NCBI GenBank assembly: GCA_964016885.1
Contig: OZ024743.1
Coordinates: 99,138,001 to 99,202,000 of the forward strand
Length of the DNA: 64,000 nucleotides
Direction: 5' to 3'
DNA from: Eledone cirrhosa
Taxonomy: Eukaryota
The position numbers were made by a program, and so were the translations under genes. The stretch's first letter is position 1, and each line of letters opens with the position of its first letter. This document shows positions 45,219-57,352 of this stretch, in pieces. The notes under the pieces were generated by a model. That model saw only the letters and a list, made by a program, of their open reading frames with translations. It searched no databases and was not told where the DNA came from.

Positions 45219-45509
45219 AAATAATGGTAATAATAATAATGGTTCCTTTATTAGTCACACAGGGTTTACATTAAGAGGACAATAAAGACAGTGCAGGATG
45301 GTACAGTGTGGGTCTTTTGTGTGAAAGAAAGGTTTATAATAAAGACTAAAAAAATAAACATTTAAAAAATCAACACATAACAAATTCGCCCAAAGTGGTG
45401 AAACCTCCAAGGGTCACTGATGGAGAAAGTCCACAAAAAGCCTTGATAATCTTAACTGCTAGGGCAAGTGCCCTCTTGTAATGTAAATACTAAAGGGTTA
45501 AAGCAAACA

Positions 45510-45559
45510 GTATCACAGATCCAAGGCAATTTCAAACAGTTTGGTCACAAAAGGATTAA
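45510..45559 (-). mobile_element. MITE-like terminus (TTAA-CCCT type, piggyBac-like), inverted partner of 46293-46342
   Basis: Reverse complement matches 46293-46342 at 44/50 nt by manual alignment. Confidence 0.55.
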
Positions 45560-45677
45560 AGGGTTTAGAGTTGGGGGCAGGGAGTAATGAAATGAGAAAT
45601 GATATATTTATGGTGCTGTACAGAAAGTAAAAAAACAAAACTAAAAAACGTATGAATAAAATAAAACTAAAACTCAC

Positions 45678-45915
45678 AGGGTCCATCATCATCTTCCTCA
45701 CCACACCCAGCTGGAGTGAAGTTGGGGTCTCGTGATAAAGCTTGTGTGTCTCCAAGAAGCTCTGTCACTGTGACAGTCATTTGTCTTGGTTGAAGATGCA
45801 GTAAGCTGGTTTTATATAGCACTTGACCCAAGTCTTCAGGTAACGAGTGGGCCACACCCAAAATTCCAAATTTTGTACCCCAGATATTTGATGAAACCTG
45901 TACAAGGCGGTTATT
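45678..45915 (-). CDS. TULP4: Coding exon of tubby-related protein 4 (TULP4/Tusp): [79 protein letters not shown]
   Basis: Polypyrimidine acceptor ttttcctttttcAG at 45917-45916, donor T|GTGAGT at 45677, 238 nt. SNIWGTKF and [14 protein letters not shown] recognised as conserved TULP4 motifs. Confidence 0.88.
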
Positions 45916-46292
45916 CTGAAAAAGGAAAAATAAAAAAAAAGTAATGAATCAAATATAAAAGAGATAAGCATGTATAATGAAAAACATAGACAGACATTTT
46001 AAAACTGTTGGAGAGAGTGAGCAAAGTTAAACATTTCATTCAATTCAAAATTCAGAAAAATTCAAAAATACTTTTGTTTTTCAATTCAATCATTGAAACA
46101 TAATATCTAACCATTTTTGTTTGGCCTATAGTTTTAAATTCTTTTGAAAATAGTGAAGACTTTGGAAGGATTTAGTAATTTAAGAAAAGTTCTCATTAAA
46201 CTGATGTTTGGAATATAACTTAACAAAGGTTCATATATAAAGTTATCTTCACCCAGATCTTATATAGAATTATCTTCACCCAGATCTAAGCA

Positions 46293-46342
46293 TTAACCCT
46301 TTTGATACCAAACTGCTTGAAATTGCCCTGGTTCTGTGATAC
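46293..46342 (+). mobile_element. MITE-like terminus TTAACCCTTTTGATACCAAAC...; related AT-rich internal fragments at ~3325-3500, ~46105-46235 and ~48205-48380
   Basis: TTAA+CCC start. The internal fragments share TTCTCATTA...TTTGGA.(C/T)ATAACTTAA. Confidence 0.5.
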
Positions 46343-46617
46343 TAAACTGTTTGTTTTAAAGTATTTCTATTTATCTAACAAAACCTTTCATCATAATGTT
46401 TAAGTAAGAACTTCTAAGTTATACTTCAGGCAACAGCTAATTTTTAGACATATATATAAGGAAAATGTGAAGTTGTAAAAGATATTAAAGAATCCTTTAT
46501 TGATAAGGCTGTGATACATATTTCAATGACGACAGTGGCCATGTGATTTCAGGTAATCAGTGTCACACATACATATACACACACACACACACATATATAT
46601 ACACACACATATATATG

Positions 46618-46673
<56 letters not shown>

Positions 46674-47677
46674 CACTGAAATAAAGAGCTAAGTATTATA
46701 GAATCACTAGCAGTTTTAGGTAGTTTGGTATATATTTAAGAAACTACATAATACAATGTAGCCAAATGATGCCAGTCGCCTACATAGCAGTAAATGGAGC
46801 ACGTTAGCTGCTATTTAACTGAGAGGGCTGGGGTATGGTTTTGAAGAACATGTTTGAGTTTAGGGTTGATAGTAGGATTGGGATTAGCATTTTCTTGAGT
46901 TCATGGATAGCATGGGTTTGGTTTAGATTTGTTTACATTCTATTCAAGGCATATATGGTTCTATTATATAGATAAATATTTGTATATATATATATATATA
47001 CACTTAAAATAGAACACAATATATATTTCTTTTAACATAAGATCTCAAATCGTTTGTTCTAGTATAGGTTGAACTGTAAACATGTTTATATGTGTGAGAG
47101 AATGATAGTGAAAGGAAGATAGAGAGAAAGTTGGTGTGTATATATATTGGTGTTTTCTCTTCCAAAATCTTTGACATTCATAAATATAGATCATATTTCA
47201 GCTTTAAGATCAATTTCTTGCTTTAAGCAGAGGCCTGCTGCTGAATTTAGTTAATATATGTGTTAATATGATAATTGAGTGTTCGTAGGAGTCTTTGGAA
47301 TCATCAAACGCAGGAGGGGGATTAGAAATATTTTTATCAAAAACTACATGCTAGGTAACTGCCATGCTGTGAGAAGTTTGGAATATCAAACAGAATATTA
47401 ATGAGTTGTTTTGCCATTTTGCCGAAAGAAAGTGAAATCGTATTCACTTATTTACATTTTTCTTCAGCAGTGACGGTGTAATGGAAGCAAAGATTTTATA
47501 TAAGTGACAATTATCTCATAATTTATTCAAATATTTACAAATCTAACCATTTTATTCAGGTACAACCAAGAAGATATTTGGCTTGCTTTTATTTGAAAAA
47601 ATAAAGAAAAACTTGACGAGGTATTTTGTAATTTTCATTTAATAAAAGATTAAGAAAATCTACTATGGAAGCTGATT

Positions 47678-47782
47678 AATCCCGCCGAGGTTAACTTTGC
47701 CTTTCATCCTTACGGGGTCGATAAAATAAAGTACCAGTAATGTACTGGGTAATTGCTGCCTTGTGCCAAAAATAGAAACAAT
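47678..47782 (+). mobile_element. Family-B SINE, 3' part
   Basis: AATCCCGCCGAGGTTAACTTTGCCTTTCATCCTTACGGGGTCGATAAAATAAAGTACCAG...GTGCCAAAAATAGAAACAAT. Confidence 0.8.
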
Positions 47783-48770
47783 TAATTTGTACACAAGATT
47801 GGTGTTATAAAAACAAAACAAAACAAAAGAAAGCTATCTAAAGTTTCTTTTAGATCATTCACTTAGATATTTTGATAAAACTGTGTCTATCTGGTTTAGA
47901 ATAGTTACATCATGCCTCTACATGTTGTAAGAGGCAACTAAAAGGGTTGGAATCAGGAAGGGTATCCAGCTATAAATAATTGCCTCAGAAAAGATCTCAT
48001 GATAGTTATGAAGCCTGTCATGGGGCCCTACAAGGCAAATGCTTGTTGTTTTTGTATTTTTATATTTTGATTATACAACAAGAGTTTACTGGCTTCAGAA
48101 ATTCAAAAAGCAAAAAGTGTTACAATACACATATCAAGACCTCAAAATACTGATCTAGAGCTTATCCCTAGCAGTATCAATATTTTGGGCATGTTTTTAA
48201 TACTTCAACCTTTACATTAACATATTTCTATTAGAAGATACTTTCAAAATAATTTTGAGATTAATCAAGTATTTTGAAGGATTTAGTAATATAACTTTCT
48301 CATTATTATGTTGATATTTGGAACATAACTTAACAAAGGTTCTTAGTTTAGTATCATAGAATCAGGGGTAGTTTCCATGGAAATCAAAGAAGGAAAGCTT
48401 TATTTGATGTCTAAAGAGGCTCACAAATAACAACTCTACAGGAAGAAGAAAATAATTCTTTTCTTTTTTATACTAAGGAAAAACATGGTGAATTGAGCAC
48501 TATAGTAGTAGCTGCTGGCCATTTTTGGGAATAAGGGTATTTACAAGATTTTCTAAGCAATTTACTGTCACTGCAGTTATTTTATGTTTGTGATATCTAC
48601 ATTTTCTTAGATTTCAATCTATGATAGTTTATTTTTTAAATATTATATATGGACATTAAATGGTGATGAAGATGATGATGATATATCATCATCATCATCA
48701 TCATCTTCGTTTAACGCCCATTTTCCACACTAGCATGATATATATATATGATGGATGTCCACAGAGTTCA

Positions 48771-48906
48771 TGTCTACCAAATTTCACTCACAAAGTATTA
48801 GTCAACCCGAGGCTATAGTAGGAGACATTCACCTCAAGTGCTACACTGTGGGAATGAACCTGAAACTATATGGTTACAAAAGGAACTCCCTAACCATACA
48901 GCCATG
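48771..48906 (-). mobile_element. Degenerate tRNA-derived SINE (third family)
   Basis: Reverse complement TGGCTGTATGGTTAG (A-box-like)...GGTTCATTCCC (B-box-like)...TACTATAGCCTCGGG...TTGGTAGAC; recalled as resembling an abundant octopus SINE. Confidence 0.6.
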
Positions 48907-50599
48907 TCACTGTCTATCATCAACTTTTTTATATTTTTCTATGCTTGTATGGCTTAGATGGGTCTCCACTACTTTTTTTCCATGTCTTTCAAGGTTTTTG
49001 TATTTTGCAGCTTCCTTCCACTTAGATTATTGGGTCCTGCTGTATTCAACTGATATCCTCTATATGCATCACATATCTGTACCAGTGTACACTACATCTT
49101 ATATTCATCTTTTATCGCAATTCATTTCTGCTCTGATGTTCACTAACATTACACATCCAGTGAAGCATACTCGCCTCATTTCTTTCCAGCCTTTGCACAT
49201 CTTCTACATTCAATGCTCATATTTCATTACAGCACAGCTTCACACTTTATACACAGCCACTATACAATATACCCTTCGGAGAGAGAGAGAGAATAGAGGT
49301 AAGAATTCTTTTCCACTTCGTCCTTATTCTTTCTACTATGATTTCTGAACTCGCATCTCCACTAATAAATAACAAGTCTACACTGGAAAGAAAAAACAAA
49401 AATCTTTCTTTATTTAATTTTTCCCAAGACAAAATGAAAAACAAAAACATGAGTTCAAAAAAAGGAAACTTGAAGATAATGTTCCAATATTCTTTCTTTT
49501 AGGTTTGTTTCCTTGGGGAATTAACTCCAAAATATCATCTACACACTTATTTCCTATATAGATTAAAATTCACTGCTCTTTTGACATTCAAATAACAAAA
49601 CCTGAAAATAAACCCTAATATTGAGTAATGCCAGCAAACTATGCAAGTCACTAATTCTTTTCTAATCCATTCTGAAATATTAAGTAAGCATCCATGCAAC
49701 ATTATCAAAGTGTGTTAAATTTTTCTTTAATCCTTTGTATGACAAATTATTCTTGGCAACATATACAGCTACTTTCAAACTAATTTAAGCTGCTGTAACA
49801 TAAAAAATACATATGTCTACATTGCATTTCACATTCATATAACATATTTGTTATCTATTTAGCATTCTATATTCATTACCATTCAACTTACCTGCTATTC
49901 AGCAAAATGTCTTATAATGGTTTTTTTCACGTCATAATTTAAGAAATTTTAAGCATTTTCTTTCATTTACACCTGTCAATTTTCATTTACCATAACATTT
50001 AGTAAAAAGACATACATGTTTCTTTTGATTTTCAGAAATGTATTCATCTCAAAATAAATTAAAATTATATTATCCACAAGAAATTGCTTTTTTATCAGTT
50101 CGTGCATTTAAATATGAATAAAATTTAGTTGTAAACAACTGTATTGGAATTTTTTAAAGAATATTTAAATTTCTAAGTTGTATTTGTCTGGCAAGTTTGG
50201 TGTTGAAACTAAAACAACTGAATTGAAGTAGAGTGATATTGTTATGTAGAATGCTTATATCTTTGACACTTTCTCATATAAACATATGTGGCCATGTGTG
50301 TAAAACTGCCAAAATGCACAAGTGCATCAGTGAATGCTTAAGCAACATCAGTGCTTCAGAGCATCAATTCATAATGATGATGGTACCCTATGGCTGAACA
50401 TGTTGCTGCTCTTTAACTGCCTCATGAGTAATCTGATGGGTAGATGACTGAGCTACTAAGATGAAATCAAGTCATTATGATGGTAAAATATTTATTGTAC
50501 ACTGTTGCTCATCCAATTTATGAATGTCTCAGAATATTGTCAAATTTTTCAAGCTTTTTGTTTAGCTGAACATCTCCACTGATAACACAATCTAATATA

Positions 50600-50873
50600 C
50601 ACCCCCACAACCCCTTCCTCCCACTTCCACCCATACTACCCTTACTCTGTAAAGTTATGTTGGTATCACAAAACATCCAGCCCACACTGTAAAGTGATCG
50701 TGCAGGAGACATGGTAAAAAAGCACCCAGCACACACTGCAAATGTGGTTAGCATTAGGAAAAGCATCCAGCCAGAAACCTGGTCATACAGCCCTTGCGTC
50801 TAATGGAACAAATCCATCTAACCCATGCTAGTGTTGAAAGTAGACGTTAAACAATGATGATGATAATGATGAT
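50600..50873 (+). mobile_element. RTE 3'UTR/tail fragment
   Basis: AAAGTTATGTTGGTATCAC...TTAGGAAAAGCATCCAGCC...ACCCATGCTAG...GACGTTAAACAA(TGA)n matches 53140-53362. Confidence 0.8.
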
Positions 50874-51450
50874 ATATATAGTATGTAAAAGGATGAAGAT
50901 GATGATATAACAGGCTTCTGACATTGGTCAACCTGATGAGACTATAGACACACAAAGTAGACCTCCTTTGAGGAATTGGAAGCTGTTATAGCTATGAATA
51001 AAACTGTTTGTGTTTGACTCTACAGTCAAGCATGGGTGTGTGCTATTTGATGAAAATAAAAAGTTATTATAAACTTAAATTGCTTCTAGCAGAGTGTGGA
51101 GAAGGAATTTAACTATGGTCAGATATCAGTTAATCACTCAGGGGTTTATGAAAGAGATATAAAGAACCATTTCATGAAATTCTTTACAACTGAGATAAAA
51201 AGAAAGCCTATCTATATATTAGATCATTCCAATAGATTTTAATAAAATGAATCTTCTGATGCTGGTCACTTTTCATCTCATTATATAATCTTTTTACATA
51301 CATGAGATAGAACTATCCCCACCCACTAACTTCCAAAGCAGAGCTCTTACAGTACTATTTACAAATTTATATTTATTTTTGCCTTACTTAATACATTACT
51401 CAATATGTATGTGTATATATTTATCCCACCCTTGCATATATATATATATA

Positions 51451-51748
51451 TCATCCTCATCATTTTATGTCCGCTTTTCCCTGCTAGCAAGGGTGGGACG
51501 GGAACTGATTCTGGCTTGATTTCTACAGCTGGATGCCCTTCCTAACACCAACCTCATTTACAGTGAGTGCTGGGTGCTTTTTGCCGTGGCACGTGCATGA
51601 CCACTTTGCAGGGACCCAAGTCCTATCATCTCATTTCTACAGCTGAGTAAACTGGAGCAATGTGAAATAAAGTGTCCTGCTCAAGGAAACAACACATCAC
51701 CCGGTCTGAGAATTGAACTCACAACCTTTCGATTGCAAGCCCAATGCA
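51451..51748 (-). mobile_element. Family-A SINE (tRNA head, CORE-like centre, RTE-derived tail), 5' end clipped
   Basis: Reverse complement is collinear with 60444-60789. Confidence 0.85.
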
Positions 51749-51757
51749 TATATATAT

Positions 51758-53359
51758 ATAGTACGACAACTACAGGAGAAGTACCTAGCTAAAAGTAAAC
51801 ACCTATACCTAGCTTTTGTCGACTTGGAGAAAGTCTTTGACAGAGTCCCCCGTTCCATTAGCTGGTGGGCTCTTAGAAAACTAGGTGTTGATGAATGGCT
51901 TGTGAGAGCTATACAAGCCATGTATAAAGAAACAGTCAGCAAGGTTAGAATTAACAACGAATATAGTGAAGAGTTTAGCGTAAAAGTTGGTGTTCATCAG
52001 GGCTCCATTCTTAGCCCCCTACTATTTATTATTGCCCTTCAGGTTATAACAGTGGAGTTCAAGACCGGCTGCCCATGGGAACTCCTATATGCAGATGATC
52101 TAACGCTCATAGCTGAATCAATCGCTGAACTAAAGAAGATATTCCAAACATGGAAGCACGGCCTAGAATCAAAAGGCCTTAAAATTAACCTGTCTAAGAC
52201 TAAAGTTCTAGTTTGTAGGAAGGAAAATAGAGCACCGGTCCCATCCAGGAAATGGCCATGCTCAGTGTGTAGGAAAGGTGTAGGTAGAAACTCCATTTTA
52301 TGTCCCAAATGCAAAGTATGGGTGCATAAAAGATGTAGTGGGATCACAGGTAAGCTAACTAAGAACATAGATTTTACATGTGGCCGGTGCTCTGGTGCAA
52401 TAAGTAGCAGCAAGTGCCCAGAGAATACTAGCTCATTGTATTGCACAGATGGTTCTATAGAAATAGTGGACAGTTTCCGTTACCTGGGTGACAAAATCAG
52501 CAGTGGGGGAGGGTGCTCTGAAAGTACAGTAGCTAGAGTCAGAACGGGATGGAAAAAGTTCAGAGAGCTTATACCACTATTAGTCGCTAAAGGGTTCTCT
52601 CTAAAAATGAAAGGCAGGCTGTATGATGCCTGCATATGAACAGCAATGTTACATGGCAGTGAGACCTGGGCATTGTGTGCAGAGGATATACGCAGACTAG
52701 AGAGGAACAAAGCTTGCATGCTCCGCTGGATGTGTAATAGTAATATACGTGAACGGCAAAGCATAAACGATCTAACGGAGAAATTAGGAATAAGAGGGAT
52801 CAGATGTTGTTTACTCGAGAGAAAACTACGTTGGTATGGTCACGTGATGCGCATGAAAGACGACAGCTGTATAAAAAAGTGCAGGGCAATCAAAATAGAC
52901 AGTAGCCACGGAGCAGGCAGACCCAGAAAAACCTGGGACGACTTGATAAATTCCAACTTCACACACTTACACCTCTCCAAGACAATGTCACTGGACCGAG
53001 ATCTTTGGTGCTACACAGTAATACAGAAGACCTGACTTACCTAAGTACAAAGTGAAACCTACTACAGTCAGTAGGCACCTCTAACAAAAATACACCCCGT
53101 CCCACTACCCCACCCCATCCACACCACCCCTTTCAATGTAAAGTTATGTTGGTACCACAACACCCAGTCCGAAACAAATGAGGTCGTGTAGGTGTCACGA
53201 CAAAAAAAAACACAGTCCACGCTGTAATGTGGCCGTGTAGGTAACACGGTAAAAACCTCCCAGTCCACACCTTAAACGTGGTTGGTGTTAGGAAGGGCAT
53301 CCAGCCGTAGAAAACCCATGCTAGCGTGGAATATGGACGTTAAACAATGATGATGATGA

Positions 53360-53362
<3 letters not shown>
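51758..53362 (+). mobile_element. 5'-truncated RTE-clade LINE (RT with internal PHD-type finger, 3'UTR, (GAT)n tail); one in-frame stop at 52637-52639
   Basis: Motifs FVDLEKVFDRVP, GVHQGSILSPLLF, YADD, SFRYLG, HGSETW, LRWYGHVMR and GRPRKTW. Confidence 0.95.

Positions 53363-53406
<44 letters not shown>
53363..53406. repeat. (TA)n microsatellite between the inverted RTE pair; similar (TA)n/(CA)n tracts at ~44461, 46570, 55708, 56487, 57061, 59141, 59537 and 62269
   Basis: Read directly. Confidence 0.95.
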
Positions 53407-53409
<3 letters not shown>

Positions 53410-55260
53410 TCATCATCATCAACGTTTAACGTCCGTGTTCCACGCTTGCATGGGTTTGGATGGGGGTTTTCCCACTTGAAACAAGAGTGGTTGTCTTGCT
53501 CGCATAGGACTGTCTGGCGGGTTTTCTACGGCTGGATGCCCTTCCTAACACCAACCACATTTACAGTGTGGGGCTGGGAGGTTTTTACCGTGTTGCCTAC
53601 ACGGCCACATTACAGCGTGGACTGTCTGGCGGATTTTCTACAGCTGGATGCCCTTCCTAACACCAACCACATTTACAGTGTGGGGCTGGGAGGTTTTTAC
53701 CGTGTTGCCTACACGGCCACATTTACAGCGTGGACTGTGTGTTTTTTTGTCGTGACACCTACACGATCTCATTTGTTTCGGCCTGGATGTTGTAGCACCA
53801 ACATAATTTTACATTGAAAGGGGCGGTGTGGATGGGGTGGGGGTGGTGGGACGGGGGTGTGTTTTGATAGAGATGCCTACTGGCTGTAGTAGGTTTTACT
53901 TTGTATTTAGGTAAGGCGGGTCTTCTCTATTACTGAGTACCGCCAAAGGTCTCGGTCCAGTGACATTGTCTTGGAGAGGTGTAAGCGTGTGAGGTCGGAA
54001 TTTATCATGTCATCCCAGGTTTTTCTGGGTCTGCCTACTCCGTGGCTACCGTCTATCTTTATTGCCCTGCACTTTGTTATACAGCTGTCGTCTTTCATGC
54101 GCATCACGTGACTATACCAACGTAGCCTTCTCTCGAGAAAACAACATATGATCCCTCTTATTTCTAATTTTTTCCTTAGTTCGTTTATGCTTTGCCGTTC
54201 ACGTATATTACTATTGCACATCCAGCGGAGCATGCAAGCTTCGTTCCTCTCTAGTCTGCGTATATCCTCTGCACACAATGTCCAGGTCTCACTGCCATGC
54301 AGCATTGCTGTTCGTATGCGGGCATCGTATAACCTGCCTTTCATTTTTAGGGAGAACCCTTTAGCGGCTAATAGTGGTATAAGCTCTCTGAACTTTTTCC
54401 ATCCAGTTCTGACTCTAGCTACTGTACTTTCAGAGCACCTTCCCCCACTGCTGATTTTGTCACCCAGGTAACGGAAGCTGTCCACTATTTCTATAGAACC
54501 CTCTGCGCAATTGAAAGAGCTAATATTTTGTGGGCACTTGCTGCTACTTATTGCACCAGAGCACCGGCCACATGTAAAATCTATGTTCTTAGTTGGCTTA
54601 CCTGTGATCCCACTACATCTTTTATGCACCCATACTTTGCATTTGGGACATAAAATGGAGTTTCTACCTACGCCTTTCCTACACAATCAGCATGGCCATT
54701 TCCCGGAAGGGACCGCCGCCTTATTTTCTTTCCTACAAACTAGAACTTTAGTCTTAGCCAGGTTAATTTTAAGGCCTTTTGATTCTAGGCCGTGCTTCCA
54801 TGTTTGGAATTTCTTCTCTAGCTCGGTCATTGATTCAGCTATGAGCGTTAGATCATCTGCGTATAGGAGTTCCCATGGGCAGCTGGTCTTGAACTCCTCT
54901 GTTATAGCCTGAAGGGCAATAATAAATAGTAGGGGGCTAAGAACAGAGCCCTGATGGACACCAACTTTTACGCTAAACTCTTCACTATATTCGTTGTTAA
55001 CTCTAACCTTGCTGACTGTTTCTTTATACATGGCTTGTATAGCTCTCACAAGCCATTCGTCAACACCTAGTTTTCTAAGAGCCCACCAGATAATGGAATG
55101 GGGGACTCTGTCGAAGGCTTTCTCCAAGTCAACAAAAGCTAAGTATAGGGGTTTACTTTTAGCTAGGTACTTCTCCTGTAGTTGTCGTACAATGAAAAGA
55201 GCGTCTGTGGTACCTTTGCCTGACACAAACTCGAACTGCATTTCATCTAGATCAATTCTC
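53407..55260 (-). mobile_element. 5'-truncated RTE-clade LINE of the same family; one in-frame stop at 54687-54689 and a 112-bp duplication in the 3'UTR
   Basis: ORFs 54687-55241 and 53907-54686 are in frame and carry the same RT, PHD and C-terminal motifs; (CAT)n at 53407. Confidence 0.95.
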
Positions 55261-55268
55261 TCATATAT

Positions 55269-55667
55269 ATATTGTTATACTTGGAGGAGGGTCATATTTG
55301 AGTAATAATATTGCCAGAATTCATAACAGAAAACTATCACTGTTTGGTTGGTTTCGCTTCTGTGTCTTTTATATTGGTTAATTTAATTTATTTGGTCCTC
55401 AATGTTACCATTGACTGACCAACGGTAAAAAATACAGATACAATATAGGCACAAACACATATATATAGTCTAACAAAGTTCTTTCGTTGCACATCTGCAA
55501 CATCGTCAGGTGGTGCTATTATGTTTCTTCCCGTTGCATTGTATGCCTATGCCATCTTTATTTAGTCTGAAAACCAACCAAACAGTGAGTGTGTTCTGTT
55601 ATTAATTCTGGCAATATTATTACACAAATATGACCCTCCCCAAGTATAACAATATTTGTTTCGACAC
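55269..55667. mobile_element. Penelope-like terminal-repeat fragment with ~85-bp inverted arms (55269-55354 / 55571-55655)
   Basis: The arms are reverse complements (ATTGTTATACTTGG.GGAGGGTCATATTTG...TTTGGTTGGTTT). The body is homologous to 57093-57600, which adjoins a GIY-YIG ORF. Confidence 0.7.
55482..55509 (-). ncRNA. Hammerhead-ribozyme-like core CUGACGA-U-GUUGCA(GAUG)UGCAAC-GAAA
   Basis: Both conserved core boxes flank a perfect 6-bp stem II; stems I and III could not be assigned by eye. Confidence 0.45.
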
Positions 55668-55706
55668 GATTTCATATAAAAAACCTTGCAAAACTAATTC
55701 ATCGCC

Positions 55707-55754
<48 letters not shown>

Positions 55755-56632
55755 ATTAGTATTTTGCATCTGTTTTCTGTACTGTCATGGGTTAGACAGG
55801 TTGTCTTGGTGTGAGACTGGATGGGTTTAAAAAACTCATTTAACTTGCAGATTCCATTTTTGGTATGGTTTCTAGAGTTGCATGCCCTTCCTAATGCTAA
55901 CCACTTTATTGAGTGTACATGGTATATTTTATCGTCGCACCACCACTGTTACAGAGTGTACTGTATGTGTGTTATCATGACACTAGCACTTTACCAAGTG
56001 GGCTGAGTGCATTTTGTCTTTTTCTGTTCCCCAATCTTCTAATCTCCTCTCTCTACTAATTTTCCTCTTTCCTGATGAAGGACTAAGTTCTGATACGTTG
56101 AGATATTCTTTTTTCTTTTCACACAAGCATGAAACTAATAACCCCTTGTGTAAATGTTCTGTGTGTTTGTCTTCTTTTTAAATCTTGAAATACACACTCA
56201 CAAATACACACATATGTAAGAATTGCTACTCTAGAAAGTAACAAGCTACAGAGTTGGCCTAAACTACAACACTCTGATAAGTTATTTTTATCTCCTTTTT
56301 GTCGACACACATTGCTAGCAAATAAAACGAATATTAAATGAGAATGATGGCAATCATCATCATCCTAATCATCATATACATAATTGTACATATATGTATG
56401 AATTTGTATAAGTATCTTTTATATTTTCCTATTTGTGATGTATAAATGAGTATATATGTGTAAATGTACATACATACACACAGTTGTATATATATATATA
56501 TATATATATATCAATAATATAGATAATAATATGAATATTATTGTTGAGTGCTTCTAATATCTGTTATAAATTAAATTTTTTGAATAATCAACAAATTAAA
56601 TAACTCATTGCTTATATATATATATATATATA

Positions 56633-57057
56633 TCATCATCATCATCATCATCATCAACGTTTAACGTCCGTGTTCCACGCTTGCATGGGTTTGGACGGGG
56701 GTAGTCCCACTTGAGACAAGAGTGATTGTCTTGCTCGCATAGGACTGTCTGGCAGGTTTTCTACAGTTGGATGCCCTTCCTAACACCAACCACATTTACA
56801 GTGTGGGTCTGGGAGGTTTTTACCGTGTTGCCTACACGGCCACATTACAGCGTGGACTGTGTGTTTTTTTGTCGTGACACCTACACGATCTCATTTGTTT
56901 CGGCCTGGATGGCGCGGCACCAACATAACTTTACATAGAACGGGGTGGTGTGGATGGGGTGGGGGTGGTGGCGGGACGGGGTGTAGTTTGTTAGAGATGC
57001 CTACTGGCAAGGCGGGTCTTCTCTGTTACTGAGTACCGCCAAAGGTCACGGTCCAGT

Positions 57058-57061
<4 letters not shown>
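56633..57061 (-). mobile_element. RTE 3' end fragment flanked by (TA)n on both sides
   Basis: Collinear with 53407-53965 apart from the 112-bp duplication and a short deletion. Confidence 0.9.
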
Positions 57062-57096
<35 letters not shown>

Positions 57097-57162
57097 CGAA
57101 ACAAATATTGTTATACTTGGGGAGGGTCATATTGTTGTAATAATATTGCCAGAAATAATAAT

Positions 57163-57352
57163 TGTTTCTACTTTTGGCACAAGGCCAGCAATTATCCAGT
57201 ACATTACTTGTACTTTATTTTATCGACCCTGTAAGGATGAAAGGCAAAGTTAACCTCGGCGGGATTTGAACTCAGACCGTAAAGGGACGTAACTATGCTG
57301 GAAAACATGGCGTCCGACTCTCTACCGATACTGCCAATCCACCATCCCTTTT
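57163..57352 (-). mobile_element. Family-B tRNA-derived SINE inserted into the PLE repeat with a 14-bp TSD
   Basis: CCAGAAATAATAAT at 57149-57162 and 57353-57366; B-box-like GAGTTCAAATCC on the minus strand. Confidence 0.9.

Noticed and set aside
42310-50770. Short AT-rich ORFs, including 48755-49348 (197 aa)
   Set aside because: Low-complexity or stitched across SINE/RTE remnants; no domains and no convincing splice-site pairs.
50930-50965. CTGATGAG as a further hammerhead core
   Set aside because: No stem II followed by GAAA downstream.
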